From Phyllobates terribilis (lineage: Eukaryota), in NCBI RefSeq assembly GCF_046119375.1, contig NW_027362772.1, positions 47,430,001 to 47,494,000 on the forward strand: 64,000 nt of DNA, read 5' to 3'. Under the pieces are notes generated by a model. That model made no database searches, had not been told where the DNA came from, and saw only the letters and a program-made list of their open reading frames with translations. Position numbers and translations under genes: made by a program. How positions within the stretch are numbered: position 1 is the first letter of the stretch; each line of letters begins with the position of its first letter. Below, one piece after another: positions 38,701 to 50,200 of this stretch.

Positions 38701-41700
38701 GAGCATGTGAGGGTGAGCATGGGAGCGTGTGAGGGTGAGCGTGGGAGCGTGGGAGGGTGAGCGTGGGAGGGTGAGCATGTGAGGGTGAGGGTGAGTCTGT
38801 GAGGGTGATCGTATGAGGGTGAGCGTGTGAGAGTGAGGATGTGCGTGTGAGGGTGTGAGCGTCTGAGGGTGTGCGTGTGAGAGTGAGAGTGTGAGGGTGA
38901 GTGTGAGAGGGTGAGCGTGAGAGGGTGTGCGTGAGAGGGTGAGCGTGTGAAGATGAGAGTGTGAAGGTGAGCGTGTGAGGGTGAGCGTGTGAGGGTGAGC
39001 GTATGAGGGTGAGCGTATGAGGGTGTGCGCGTGAGGGTGTGCGTGTGAGGGTGTGCGTGTGAGGGTGAGCGTAGGAGCGTGTGAGGGTGAGCGTGGGAGC
39101 ATGTGAGGGTGAGAGTCTGAGGGTGAGCATCTGAGGGTGGGCGTCTGAGGGTGAGCGTCTGAGGGTGAGCGTCTGAGGGTGAGAGTGTGCGGTTGAGGGT
39201 GTGCGTGTGAGGGTGTGAGCGTGTGAGGGTGAGCATGTGAGGGTGAGCATGGGAGCGTGTGAGGGTGAGAGTGTGAGGGTGTGAGCGTCTGAGGGTGTGC
39301 ATGTGAGCGGATGAGGGTGAGCGTGTGAGGGTGAGTGGGAGAGCGTGAGAGGGTGAGCGTGTGAGGCTGTGCGTGTGAGGGTATGCGTGTGAGGGTGTGC
39401 ATCTGAGGGTGTGCGTGTGAGGGTGTGCGTGTGAGGGTAAGCATGTGAGGGTGTGCGTGTGAGGGTGAGGGTGTGCGTGTGAGGGTAAGAATGTGAGGGT
39501 GAGCGTGTGCGTGTGAGAGTGAGGGTGTGAGTGTGAGAGGGTGAGCATGTGAGGGTGAGCATGTGAGGGTGAGCGTGTGAGTGTGAGGGTGTGCGTGTGA
39601 GGGTGTGCGTGTGAGGGTGTGCGTGTGAGGGTGTGCGTGTGAGGGTGAGCGTAGGAGCGTGTGAGGGTGAGCGTGGGAGCATGTGAGGGTGAGCGTCTGA
39701 GGGTGAGCATCTGAGGGTGAGCATCTGAGGGTGAGCATCTGAGGGTGAGCGTCTGAGGGTGAGCGTCTGAGGGTGAGGGTGTGCGGTTGAGGGTGTGTGT
39801 GTGAGGGTGTGAGGGTGAGCATGTGAGGGTGAGCATGGGAGCATCTGAGGGTGAGCGTGAGAGGGTGTGAGCGTGTGAGGGTGAGCATGGGAGCGTGTGA
39901 GGGTGAGCGTGGGAGCGTGTGAGGGTGAGGGTGGGAGGGTGAGCATGTGAGGGTGAGGGTGAGCGTGTGCGTGTGAGCGTGTGAGAGTGAGGGTGAGCGT
40001 GTGCGTGTGAGAGTGAGAGTGTGAGGGTGAGTGTGAGGGTGAGTGTGAGAGGGTGTGCGTGAGAGGGTGAGCGTGTGAAGATGAGAGTGTGAAGGTGAGC
40101 GTGTAAGGGTGAGCGTGTGAGGGTGAGCGTATGAGGGTGTGCGCGTGAGGGTGTGCATGTGAGGGTGTGCGTGTGAGGGTGAGCGTGTGAGGGTGAGCAT
40201 GTGAGGGTGAGCATGTGAGGGTGAGCATGTGAGGGTGAGCGTGTGAGGGTGAGTGTGAGCGTGTGAGAGTGAGTTTGAGCGTGTGAGGGTGAGAGGGTGA
40301 GCGTGTGAGGGTGAGCGTGTATGGGTGAGCGTGTGAGGGTGAGCGGGTGAGGGTGAGCGTGTGAGAGTGTAAGCGTCTGTGGGTGTGCGTGTGAGCATGT
40401 GAGGGTGAGCGTGTGAAACTGAGCGTGTGAGGGTGAGAGCGTCTGAGGGTGTGCGTGTGAGGGGGTGAGGGTGAGCGTGTGAGGGTGAGCGTGTGAGGGT
40501 GTGAGCGTCTGAGGGTGTGCGTGTGAGGGTATGCGTGTGAGGGTGTGCATGTGAGGGTGTGCGTGTGAGGGTGAGCGTGTGAGGATGTTCGAGTGAGGGT
40601 AAGCATGTGAGGGTGAGCGTGTGCGTGTGAGAGTGAGCGTGTGAGAGTGAGGGTGTGAGTGTGAGAGGGTGAGCGTGTGAGGGTGAGCGTGTGAGGGTGA
40701 GCGTGTGAGTGTGAGGGTGAGCGTGTGAGGGTGTGCGTGTGAGAGTGTGCGTGTGAGGGTGTGCGTGTGAGGGTGAGCGTAGGAGCGTGTGAGGGTGAGC
40801 GTGGGAGCATGTGAGGGTGAGCGTCTGAGGGTGAGCATCTGAGGGTGAGCGTCTGAGGGTGAGCATCTGAGGGTGAGCGTCTGAGGGTGAGAGTGTGCGG
40901 TTAAGGGTGAGCATGTGAGGGTGAGCATGGGAGCGTGTGAGGGTGAGCGTGTGAGGGTGTGAGCGTCTGAGGGTGTGCATGTGAGCGGGTGAGGGTGAGC
41001 GTGTGAGGGTGAGTGGGAGAGCGTGAGAGGGTGAGCGTGAGAGGGTGAGCGTGTGAGGCTGTGCGTGTGAGGGTATGCGTGTGAGGGTGTGCATGTGAGG
41101 GAGTGCGTGTGAGGGTGTGCGTGTGAGGGTAAGCATGTGAGGGTGTGCGTGTGAGGGTGAGCGTGTGAGGGTGTGCGTGTGAGGGTAAGCGTGTGAGAGT
41201 GAGGGTGTGAGTGTGAGAGAGTGAGCGTGTGAGGGTGAGCATGTGAGGGTGAGCGTGTGAGTGTGAGGGTGAGTGTGTTAGGGTGTGCGTGTGAGGGTGT
41301 GCGTGTGAGGGTGTGCGTGTGAGGGTGTGCGTGTGAGGGTGAGCGTAGAAGCGTGTGAGGGTGAGCGTGGGAGCATGTGAGGGTGAGCGTCTGAGGGTGA
41401 GCATCTGAGGGTGAGCATCTGAGGGTGAGCGTCTGAGGGTGAGCGTCTGAGGGTGAGGGTGTGCGGTTGAGGGTGTGCGTGTGAGGGTGTGAGCGTGTGA
41501 GGGTGAGCATGGGAGCATCTGAGGGTGAGCGTGTGAGGGTGTGAGCGTGTGAGGGTGAGCATGGGAGCGTGTGAGGGTGAGCGTGGGAGCGTGTGAGGGT
41601 GAGCGTGGGAGGGTGAGCATGTGAGGGTGAGGGTGAGTGTGTGAGGGTGATCGTATGAGGGTGAGAGTGTGAGAGTGAGGATGTGCATGTGAGGGTGTGA

Positions 41701-42660
41701 GCGTCTGAGGGTGTGAGAGTGAGAGTGTGAGGGTGAGTGTGAGAGGGTGAGCGTGAGAGGGTGTGCGTGAGAGGGTGAGAGTGTGAAGATGAGAGTGTGA
41801 AGGTGAGCGTGTGAGGGTGAGCGTATAAGGGTGTGCGTGTGAGGGTGTGCATGTGAGGGTGTGAGGGTGAGCGTAGGAGCGTGTGAGGGTGAGCGTGGGA
41901 GCATGTGAGGGTGAGTGTCTGAGGGTGAGCATCTGAGGGTGGGCGTCTGAGGGTGAGCGTCTGAGGGTGAGTGTCTGAGGGTGAGAGTGTGCGGTTGAGG
42001 GTGTGCGTGTGAGGGTGTGAGCGTGTGAGGGTGAGCATGTGAGGGTGAGCATGGGAGCGTGTGAGGGTGAGCGTGTGAGGGTGTGAGCGTCTGAGGGTGT
42101 GCATGTGAGTGGGTGAGGGTGAGCGTGTGAGGGTGAGCGTGAGAGGGTGAGCGTGTGAGGCTGTGAGTCTGAGGGTATGCGTGTGAGTATGTGCATGTGA
42201 GGGTGTGCGTGTGAGGGTGTGCGTGTGAGGGTAAGCATGTGAGGGTGTGCGTGTGAGGGTGAGCGTGTGAGGGTGTGCGTGTGAGGGAAAGCATGTGAGG
42301 GTGAGCGTGTGCGTGTGAGAGTGAGGGTGTGAGTGTGAGAGGGTGAGCGTGTGAGGGTGAGCGTGTGAGGGTGAGCATGTGAGGGTGAGCGTGTGAGTGT
42401 GAGGGTGAGCGTGTGAGGGTGTGCGTGTGAGGGTGTGCGTGTGAGGGTGTGCGTGTGAGGGTGAGCATAGGAGCGTGTGAGGGTGAGCGTGGGAGCATGT
42501 GAGGGTGAGCGTCTGAGGGTGAGCATCTGAGGGTGAGCGTCTGAGGGTGAGCGTCTGAGGGTGAGCGTCTGAGGGTGAGCGTCTGAGGGTGAGGGTGTGC
42601 GGTTGAGGGTGTGCGTGTGAGGGTGTGAGCGTGTGAGGGTGAGCATGTGAGGGTGAGCAT
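35790..42660. repeat. G-rich satellite, left block (core GTGAGGGTGAGCGT and variants)
   Basis: Continuous variant repeats of ~14 bp, strongly G/T-rich on the plus strand, with recurring longer variant blocks. Confidence 0.97.
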
Positions 42661-43167
42661 TAGTGTTGAGCCACCCCCGTAGTGTTCGAGATCGGTTCGG
42701 TTCGTCGAACACCCGTTTGTTCGCCGAACTGTTCGTCGAACTGTTCGTCGAACAACTTCGAACACCGTTAAAACCAATGGCAGGCAAACAAAAACACATG
42801 GAAACACATAGAAAACACCTTCAAAGGTGTCCAAAAGCTGACAAACTGCTCAGAAGACACAACTAACACATGGAAAAGTGACAAGTACATATAGTCATGC
42901 GAAAAGAAAAGAGGTGGAGGAGTAAAAGGAGGGGGAGACACAGATATAGGCATGTCATGCCCTTCTAAAATCCAAAAAGTGAGAAGCCGACACGTTCAGT
43001 CCGCTCCTGCCCGTGCCACCTCCGCGTCGCCGGGTTTGTGCCAGAGCCGCGGTGAACCCTGACGGCCAGCCCCCCTCTCCCAATACTGGTGCCTGTCCGC
43101 TGGTGGGTCGAGCGAGCCCCCCTGTGGTGGAGGCAGCTCTAAGCTTTTTAATTTAAATTGTCTCTCT

Positions 43168-43431
43168 AATTTGAATGAATACACTTTAAATCCATTTACA
43201 AGGATCTATTGGAGGGCAAGTCTCATGCCAGCAGCCGCGTAATTCCAGCTCCAGTAGCGTCCACTAAAGCTGCTGCAGTTAAAAAGCTTTTATAAGGATC
43301 GAGCTCGGCTGTCCACCGCAAGGCATCCTACTGCCAGTCCCAACCCCTATGCCTTGGGGTGTCTCCTGATGCTCTTCACTGAGTATCCCGTGGTCCCGAA
43401 GCATTTCCTTTGAAAAAATTAAGTGTCCAAA
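43168..43431 (+). pseudogene. Degenerate 18S rRNA fragment (~260 bp)
   Basis: CACTTTAAATCC..GGATCTATTGGAGGGCAAGTCT..TGCCAGCAGCCGCG(-G)TAATTCCAGCTCCA..TGCTGCAGTTAAAAAGC..GATGCTCTT..CCCGAAGC..CTTTGAAAAAATT follows the eukaryotic 18S sequence through the universal CCAGCAGCCGCGGTAAT site into V4, with many substitutions. Confidence 0.85.
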
Positions 43432-43542
43432 CTACAGGTGGTGTAGCTTGCTTAACAGCCGGGATAATCCGCTGACTAGCAGACACTGCTACTAGGCACA
43501 AAGTATTTCCTGGGCTAGATGCAGTTAAAAATTTGTAATTAG

Positions 43543-43702
43543 ATACTCTCGTTGGATGCTGAGAAAGCATTCCATAGAGTCTCCTGGCACGCCATATATG
43601 ATTCTCTTAAAAAGCTTGGGGTAGGGGTCTAGGGGACCCTTTTATAGCCAAAATCACGGCCCTGTATCGCAATACGTCACCTAGGCTGAAGATAAATGGA
43701 AC
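43543..43702 (+). mobile_element. L1-clade reverse transcriptase fragment, 5' part
   Basis: Translates ILSLDAEKAFHRVSW...KKLG and, after a small indel, GDPFIAKITALYRNTSPRLKINGT (LDAEKAFDRV motif). Confidence 0.8.
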
Positions 43703-44918
43703 TGTAGCACCCTGAGGGCTCGGTTGCTACAGAGGTATTGCACCTCACCCAGAGGTGTGATATATCACTCTCAGGTAAGGATGTAGTGTGGATCAGGACC
43801 CGACACCTGCATGCATTACACCACATTGCCGTGGGGCAGGGCGACCAATATGCCCCTGAGATGGGCACGACAGTCCCTGTCCCTGGCTGGAGTGGGGGGA
43901 GGGAACACTGAGGAAGGGGAACCCTGTAGTGCAGGAGCAGGGAGGAAGCAGTTCCTGGGTGCATTGAGAAGGGAGTATAAAAGGTGGGCACCATCTTAGT
44001 TCAGTGCAGAGAAGTCTGAGCAGAAGTGGCAGGGAGCAGGGGCTCTGCATGAGCTCTGCTCCGGAGGCGGGCCTAGTAACAGAGGCCCAGGCCTGGAAGA
44101 GGGAGAAGGAAGGAAGAGGAGTGGAGAAGGCTCCAGGAACGAGGAACGAAGGGATCCCAGGGGTGCGGACGGGCGAGTCGCCACCGCACGCCCGAATCCA
44201 CCTGCGTGGAGGGGTCAGGCCAAAGGGGGAGACCGGTCCCTGAAACTAGTGGAGGCAGGAAACGACCCTCAGCTAGAAACAGGAGGCTGTGACATTTTAT
44301 GTGGCGCAGCCCCTCGCTACACCCGCTAGGAAGGCACCACATAGGGTCAGGGAAACTGGCGCCAAGTTTACCAAGAGGAGGCCCGAGGCAGCCGGACAGA
44401 AGGGTTGGTAAGAAAGGCCAGACAAAGGACACACAAAGGGGGTCCTGTGAAGCGCTCCAAAGTTATCTGGGAGTTGTCTGAGCCCCTCACCTGGTGAGCA
44501 CAGTACGACGTGGGCAGCCGTTACCTGCAGACGTGGTCTGGATAATAAGAACTGTGAGTAAAGGCCCTGGACTGCATCACTGACTCCGTGTCGTTACTGC
44601 TGCTGCCCTGCACCATCACCCCCATCCTCTGCATACACTGCCCTGAGGCTATACTCCTCCCGTGGGGAGTTATGCTACGCTCTGCTGCACCCACAACACC
44701 AGCCTCAGCGGTCTGCCCTGCAGCGGCGGTTCACTCTGACCGCAATCCACGGGTGGCGTAGTCGGACATTTAAACATCAAAACCACATAAATAGTTCCGC
44801 CACTGGTTTGACCGCCCTGAGCCACGGAACCGGGTCGCCGCCACGGAGACTACAACCACCAGCATCCACCAAAAAGGGTCCGGCTCCGGGTGTCCCAAGG
44901 CCCAGGGGGCGCGTCACA
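43703..44918 (+). mobile_element. LTR-like element (probable solo LTR) inserted in the L1 RT fragment
   Basis: TGTAGC ... GTCACA (TG..CA) termini and TATAAAA at 43976-43982. It splits the L1 reading frame at KINGT|FSSPF. Only AC appears duplicated, so there is no clean 4-6 bp TSD. Confidence 0.55.
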
Positions 44919-45366
44919 ACATTTTCATCACCTTTCACAATCACCAATGGGACAAGGCAGGGATGTTCTCTGTCCCCTCTCTTATACATCCTAGTGACGG
45001 AGCACCTGCTCTCATCAATTCGCCATAACCCCAATATTAGGTGGATTGAGGTGGGAGGCACTGAGTACAAGTGCTCTCTATTTGCTGATGATGTCCTAGT
45101 ATATATCACTCAATCACATATATCCATCCATGCTGTTATGGCTGAAATAGATCACTTTGTTACATGGTCAAATTTTAAAATCAATGCAGCGAAGTCTGAG
45201 GCCCTCGATGTCTCCCTCCCCAAATCCATATAGGATTCCATCCAGTCCAACTTTCCCTTTGCCTGGCCCTCACAGGGTATCAAATACTTAGGAATTCCTA
45301 TTCATAGAGACCTCTCCCATCTATGTTATCTTAATTTTGGGCCCTTTATTGAACAACTCCATACAG
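44919..45366 (+). mobile_element. L1-clade reverse transcriptase fragment, 3' part
   Basis: FSSPFTITNGTRQGCSLSPLL...SLFADDVLVY...FKINAAKSE, a premature stop at 45231-45233, then IKYLGIPI. Confidence 0.85.
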
Positions 45367-45367
45367 A

Positions 45368-45436
45368 CCACGGTTGGCAAGTTAGAACTGTAAGATTCAC
45401 TACGTGAACCACTGGTGTTTTGTGGAAAAGCACATG
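45368..45436 (-). pseudogene. Decayed duplicate of hAT transposase sequence, part 1
   Basis: CCACGGTTGGCAAGTTAGAACTG...GAAAAGCACATG matches 47701-47769. Confidence 0.8.
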
Positions 45437-45438
45437 TA

Positions 45439-46800
45439 CACTGTGTTCCAAATTATTATGCAAAAAGTGTTTAGAAGTGATAAGGGAAGAATTTGTTTGT
45501 TTGTCAGTTAAACTCATTGATGGTGATGTGTGTCAGGGCTCTTTATATCACTGTAAGCAATTGCAGACACCTGTGCTAATTAGTTTGGCAGGTGTGTCCA
45601 ATGAAAGGCAAGACTACTTAAGAAGGCTGTCTCACATTATTAAGCAGCCTACATTTTCTGCCAAAATGGGAAAGAAAAAGGATGTGTCGGCTGCTGAGAA
45701 GCAACAAATTGTGGAGTGTTTAGGTCAAGGCATGACTACAATCAACATTGTGCGATGATCAGGATGAAGTGTCTTGGCAATCAAGAAGTATGTAGCTGAT
45801 TCACAGTACACACGTGTGCGTGCTGATAAGGGCAAATTGAGGACTCTTTCCTACAGGCAATTACGTCAGGTTGAAAGAGCAGCGGCAAAAAAGCCTTGTC
45901 ATAGCAGCAGACAAGTTTTTGAAGCTGCTGGTGCCTCCAACGTCCCCCGAACAACAAGATGCAGGGTCCTTCAGAGGTTTGCAGCTGTGCATACGCCATC
46001 CTGTCGACCTCCTCTATCCACTTCACACAAGCAGAAACGGCTCCAGTGGGCCAAACATTACATGAAGACTGATTTCAAAACTGTTTTGTTCACGGATGAG
46101 TGCCGTGCAGCGCTCGATGGTCCAGATGGATGGAGTGGAGGATGGCTGGTTGATGGACACCCCACACAAACACGGCTACAGCGCCAACAAGGAGGAGGTG
46201 GAGTAATGTTTTGGGCTGGAATCATGGGGAGAGAGATTGTCGGCCCCTTTAGGATCCCTGAAGGCGCTAAAGATGAACTCCATAATGTATGTGGATTTTC
46301 TCAAACAGCACTTACTGCCATGGTTCAAGAAGAAGAACCGTGTATTTCACAGCAAGATCATTTTTTTGCATGATAATGCACCATCTCATGCTGCACATAA
46401 AACATCTGCATCTCTGGCTGATATGGGCATAAAAGGGGACAAACTTATGGTGTGACCCCCATGCTCCCCTGACCTCTACCCCATTCAGAACCTCTGGAGC
46501 ATCATCAAAAGGAGTGTCTATGATGGCGGGAGGCAGTTCACATCTAAGCAACAGCTCTGGGAGGGTATTCTGTCCTCATGCAAAACAATTGAAGCAGAAA
46601 CCATCCAAAACCTGACAAATTCAATGGACGAGAGAGTTCAGAAGCTCCTTTCGAACAAGGGGTCCTATGTGAAAATGTAACATCACCTACAATAAAGTTT
46701 TGAGTTGAAAACTGTTTGATTTCAGTTTCTAACAACCTGCTAATGCTTATAATTTCAAAAATGACCATTTTTTTGTTCTTTATTCAAATGAAAAGGTTGA
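45439..46800 (+). mobile_element. Tc1-like transposon, right end truncated
   Basis: TA|CACTGTGTTCCAAATTATTATGC left TIR. No matching right TIR found. Transposase remnant inside. Confidence 0.85.
45666..46680 (+). pseudogene. Tc1 DD34E transposase, frameshifted
   Basis: MGKKKDVSAAEKQQIVECL (paired-type HTH), VLFTDE, GGGVMFWAGI, HDNAPSH and PCSPDLYPIQNLWSIIKR spread over several frames. Confidence 0.85.
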
Positions 46801-46812
46801 TCGAAAAGTTTG

Positions 46813-46935
46813 GGGGATCTAAGAGTGTGGCAACCCAGCAGTCATGATTACTTCGAATTCTGACAATATGAGGGTCAAGCTGCAGGTAGTGCAGCAAGAA
46901 GGCACTTATGTGTCTTGCGCATCTCAGAGCACCAA
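46813..46935 (-). pseudogene. Decayed duplicate of hAT transposase sequence, part 2
   Basis: GGGGATCTAAGAGTGTGGCAACCCAG...TGCAGGTAGTGCAG...GAGCACCAA matches 47860-47982. Confidence 0.8.
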
Positions 46936-46939
46936 AATT

Positions 46940-47205
46940 ATTTTCCGGGCTAGATGCAGCTAAAAATTATTATTAATTTTAAATCTGGTGAAGCATTAGT
47001 ATAGATGGCCTAATAGGATCAGTGCTGCACACTGCTACAAAGCCCAAATTATTTTCCAGTCAAGATACAGATAAACATGATTAGTAATTTTAAATCTGGT
47101 GGAGCTTATTATAGATGGCCTAATAGAATCAGTGCTGCACACTGCTACAAAGCCCAAATTATTTTCCAGCCAAGATACAGATAAACATGATTAGTAATTT
47201 GAAAG
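46940..47205. repeat. 110-bp tandem repeat (~2 units) downstream of the transposase
   Basis: ATAGATGGCCTAATAG at 47001 and 47111. Related to the 51050-52135 array. Confidence 0.8.
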
Positions 47206-47248
47206 CTTAAAACGGTTGGTAGGGTGATTTTAACCAATCATCAAGCTT

Positions 47249-50200
47249 TTACTCTCCCCAGGATGACACAGGGGTAGAAAAGTCGTTTCGGATCCATGAT
47301 TTGTTCATCTTTATGAACGTGAGTCTGTCTACATTATCAGTGGAGAGCCGCGTGCGCTTATCTGTCAGCACACCACCAGCAGCGCTGAACACACGTTCAG
47401 ACAGAACGCTGGCTGCGGGGCATGACAAGATCTCCAAGACGTAAGTGGCTAGCTCCGGCCATTTATCCAGATTGGAAGCCCAAAAAGAACAAGGGTCCAG
47501 TGACACAGTCATGGCTTCAATGTTTACTTGGAGATACTCCTGTACCATCGTCTCTAGGCGTTGACTATGTGTCAGACTTCTTGTCTCCTGTGGCCTTGCA
47601 AAGGATGGGCTAAAAAAGTGTTGAAATGATTCCGCAAAATTGATGTTACCAGCAGATACTGTGGTTCTGTTACGGTTTGAGTGCTGAACACTTGACGGTC
47701 CCACGGTTGGCAAGTTGGAACTGTGAGATTCACTACGTGCACCACTGGTATTTTGTGGAAAAGCACATGTAAGATTCTGCAACAGTCTCTGCTGATACTC
47801 CTGCATGCGTGCATCCCTTTCTATGGCAGGAATAATTTCTGAAAATTTACTTTTGTACCGGGGATCTAACAGTGTGGCAACCCAGTAGTCAGGATTATTT
47901 CTAATTCTCACAATTCGAGGGTCATGTTGCAGGTAGTGCAGAAAGAAGGCACTCATGTGTGTTGCGCATCCAGGAGCACCAAGTCCCTGTTGTGTTGGTG
48001 GCGAGGTAACAATCATGCTTCCTTCCTCTGTCCTCTCCCCCCAACCTCGCACAACAGAAATGTGATCTAGGTCTCCCTCATCTGATAAGTCTTCCATCAG
48101 TTCGTCCTCCACTTCTTCCTGGGCTCCTGCACCTTCCTCACTAGTTTGGCTGCTACCATGCGCCCTGGTAAAACCATCTCCCCCACCCTCACATGCCTGC
48201 CGCCTTGGTGCTGCCGACCGTCTGGACCTTGCAGATGTTAGCCCTTCCGCATACAACTCCTCCTCCTCTACTTCCTCCACCTCCTCTTGTGCCACCACTT
48301 GACTCCGAATTCTGTTTAACATGTGCTCCAGCATGTAAATCACCGGAATAGTCATGCTGATAATGGCATCGTCAGCACTAAACATCTTCGTCGCCATTTC
48401 AAAACTGTGCAGAAGGGTGCATAGGTCCCTGATCTGTGACCACTCCTCCAGCGTGATTTGCCCCATCTCTGGATCTCGTTGGCCCAGGCTATACGTCAGA
48501 ACGTATTGCACCAGGGCTTATCGGTGCTGCCACAGTCGCTGCAACATGTGCAGAGTTGAATTCCACCGGGTAGGCACATCGCATTTTAGCCGGTGAAGTG
48601 GCAGGCCCAACGACTTTGTAGAGATGTAAGTCGCTGAGCTGCGGGATGCGAACGGCGGAAGTGAGCACACAGCGACCGTGCCCTCTGCAGAAGGCCATCT
48701 AGTCTGGGATAGTGGGCTAAAAATTGCTGGACAACCAGGTTCAACACGTGAGCCATACAAGGCACGTGTGTGACATTGCCCCGGCGAAGGGCCGCACCCA
48801 GGTTTGCAGCATTGTCGCACACGGCCTTCCCTGGTTTCAGGTCCAGTGGAGACAACCATTCATGAAATTGGTTCTCCAGAGCTGACCACAACTCCTCAGC
48901 TGTGTGACTCAGATTTCCCAGACATTTCAATGTAAAAACCGCCTGATGACGTTGAGCCCTACTGCCAGCATAGTAAGGAGGTGTGCAGGATCCCTTCTGC
49001 GCAGTTAGAAAGCTTGTGGCATGACCAGACAGGCTTTGGGTGCAGGTGGAAGACCGAGAGGAGGTTGAGGAGGCAGAAGCAGTGGAGGAACTTTGACATA
49101 AAGAGGATTGACGCACAACTCGTGGGGACGGCAAGACTTGGACAGCAGCCCCTTGTCCTGCTGTCACCATAGTTACCCAGTGCCCAGTCAGCGACATGTA
49201 ACGCCCCTGTCCATGCCTACTCGTCCAAGTGTCTGTGGTGAAATGCACCCTGTCACACACAGAGTTTCTCAAAGAAGCGGTGATGTTGTGTGCGACATGC
49301 TGGTGGAGCGCAGGCACACCTTTCTTTGAGAAGTAGTGCCGACTGGGCATCTGGTACTGGGGCACTGCGACGGACATAAGGTCTCGAAAATCCTCTGTGT
49401 CCACCAGGCGGAAAGGCAGCATTTCTGTAGGCAAGAGCTTGCAGATGGTGAAATTCAACCTCTTAGCTTTCTCATGGCTAGGAGGAAATGGTCTTTTACT
49501 TGTCCACATCTGAGGGACCGAGGGCTGGCTATTGTGCTTAGACGGGGTTGATAAGGGTGTCCCCGGCAAACTGCCGGTCTGTGAGGAAGATGCAGGCGGA
49601 CATGTTAGGTTGCCTTGATCCAAAGGTGGTGCTATCGATGTCGGACAGCGCTCAACACCAGCTGGTGTTACCACCTCCAAAGAAAATGATGACCTGCCAA
49701 TCACGCTGGCTGTTGCGGGTAAAGAGGTGGCAGGTCTGTGCCCCAAAACAGGTGTGACTGCTGTCCCCCCAGTCACAGAGGATGAAGAGGCCGCGGATGC
49801 ACAAGATATGGCAGACGGCGGTTGGCCCGGCCGGCTAGGCCGCATTGTAGCACACTGAGCTTCCCACTGCAACTTATGCTTCATGTCCATGTGCCGGTTC
49901 ATGCATGAAGTACTCAAACTATGTATATTTTGGCCTCTACTTAGCTTTTGCTGACAAATGTTACAGATAACACGAGTTGGGTCATCTTTATTGATCTGAA
50001 AAAATGCCCAGGCTATGCAAGGCTTAGCACCCATTCGACCTGAAGAGCCACCACGACTTGTGGTGAGAGGCAGAGTTGTGTTTGAGGATGCAGTTGTTGA
50101 CGTGCTTCCAGTACTACGTCTCTGTCCAGGAAGGCGCAACCTGACCTCGTCGTCACTAGCATCTTCCTCCACCTCCTCTGCTGACCTCATCTCTTGGCTG

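Noticed and set aside
35689-42834. Very long minus-strand ORFs (up to 2112 aa) rich in His/Thr/Pro/Leu/Ser
   Set aside because: They are open in all three frames because the C/A-rich satellite strand lacks stop codons. The translation is pure low-complexity repeat and some ORFs run across a transposon junction.
42985-43140. GC-rich stretch before the 18S fragment as a 28S or spacer-derived piece
   Set aside because: I could not align it convincingly from memory. A BLAST against the host rDNA unit would decide.
43168-43431. Functional rRNA gene or rDNA unit
   Set aside because: Only ~260 bp, with a deletion in the universally conserved CCAGCAGCCGCGGTAAT motif and no flanking rDNA.
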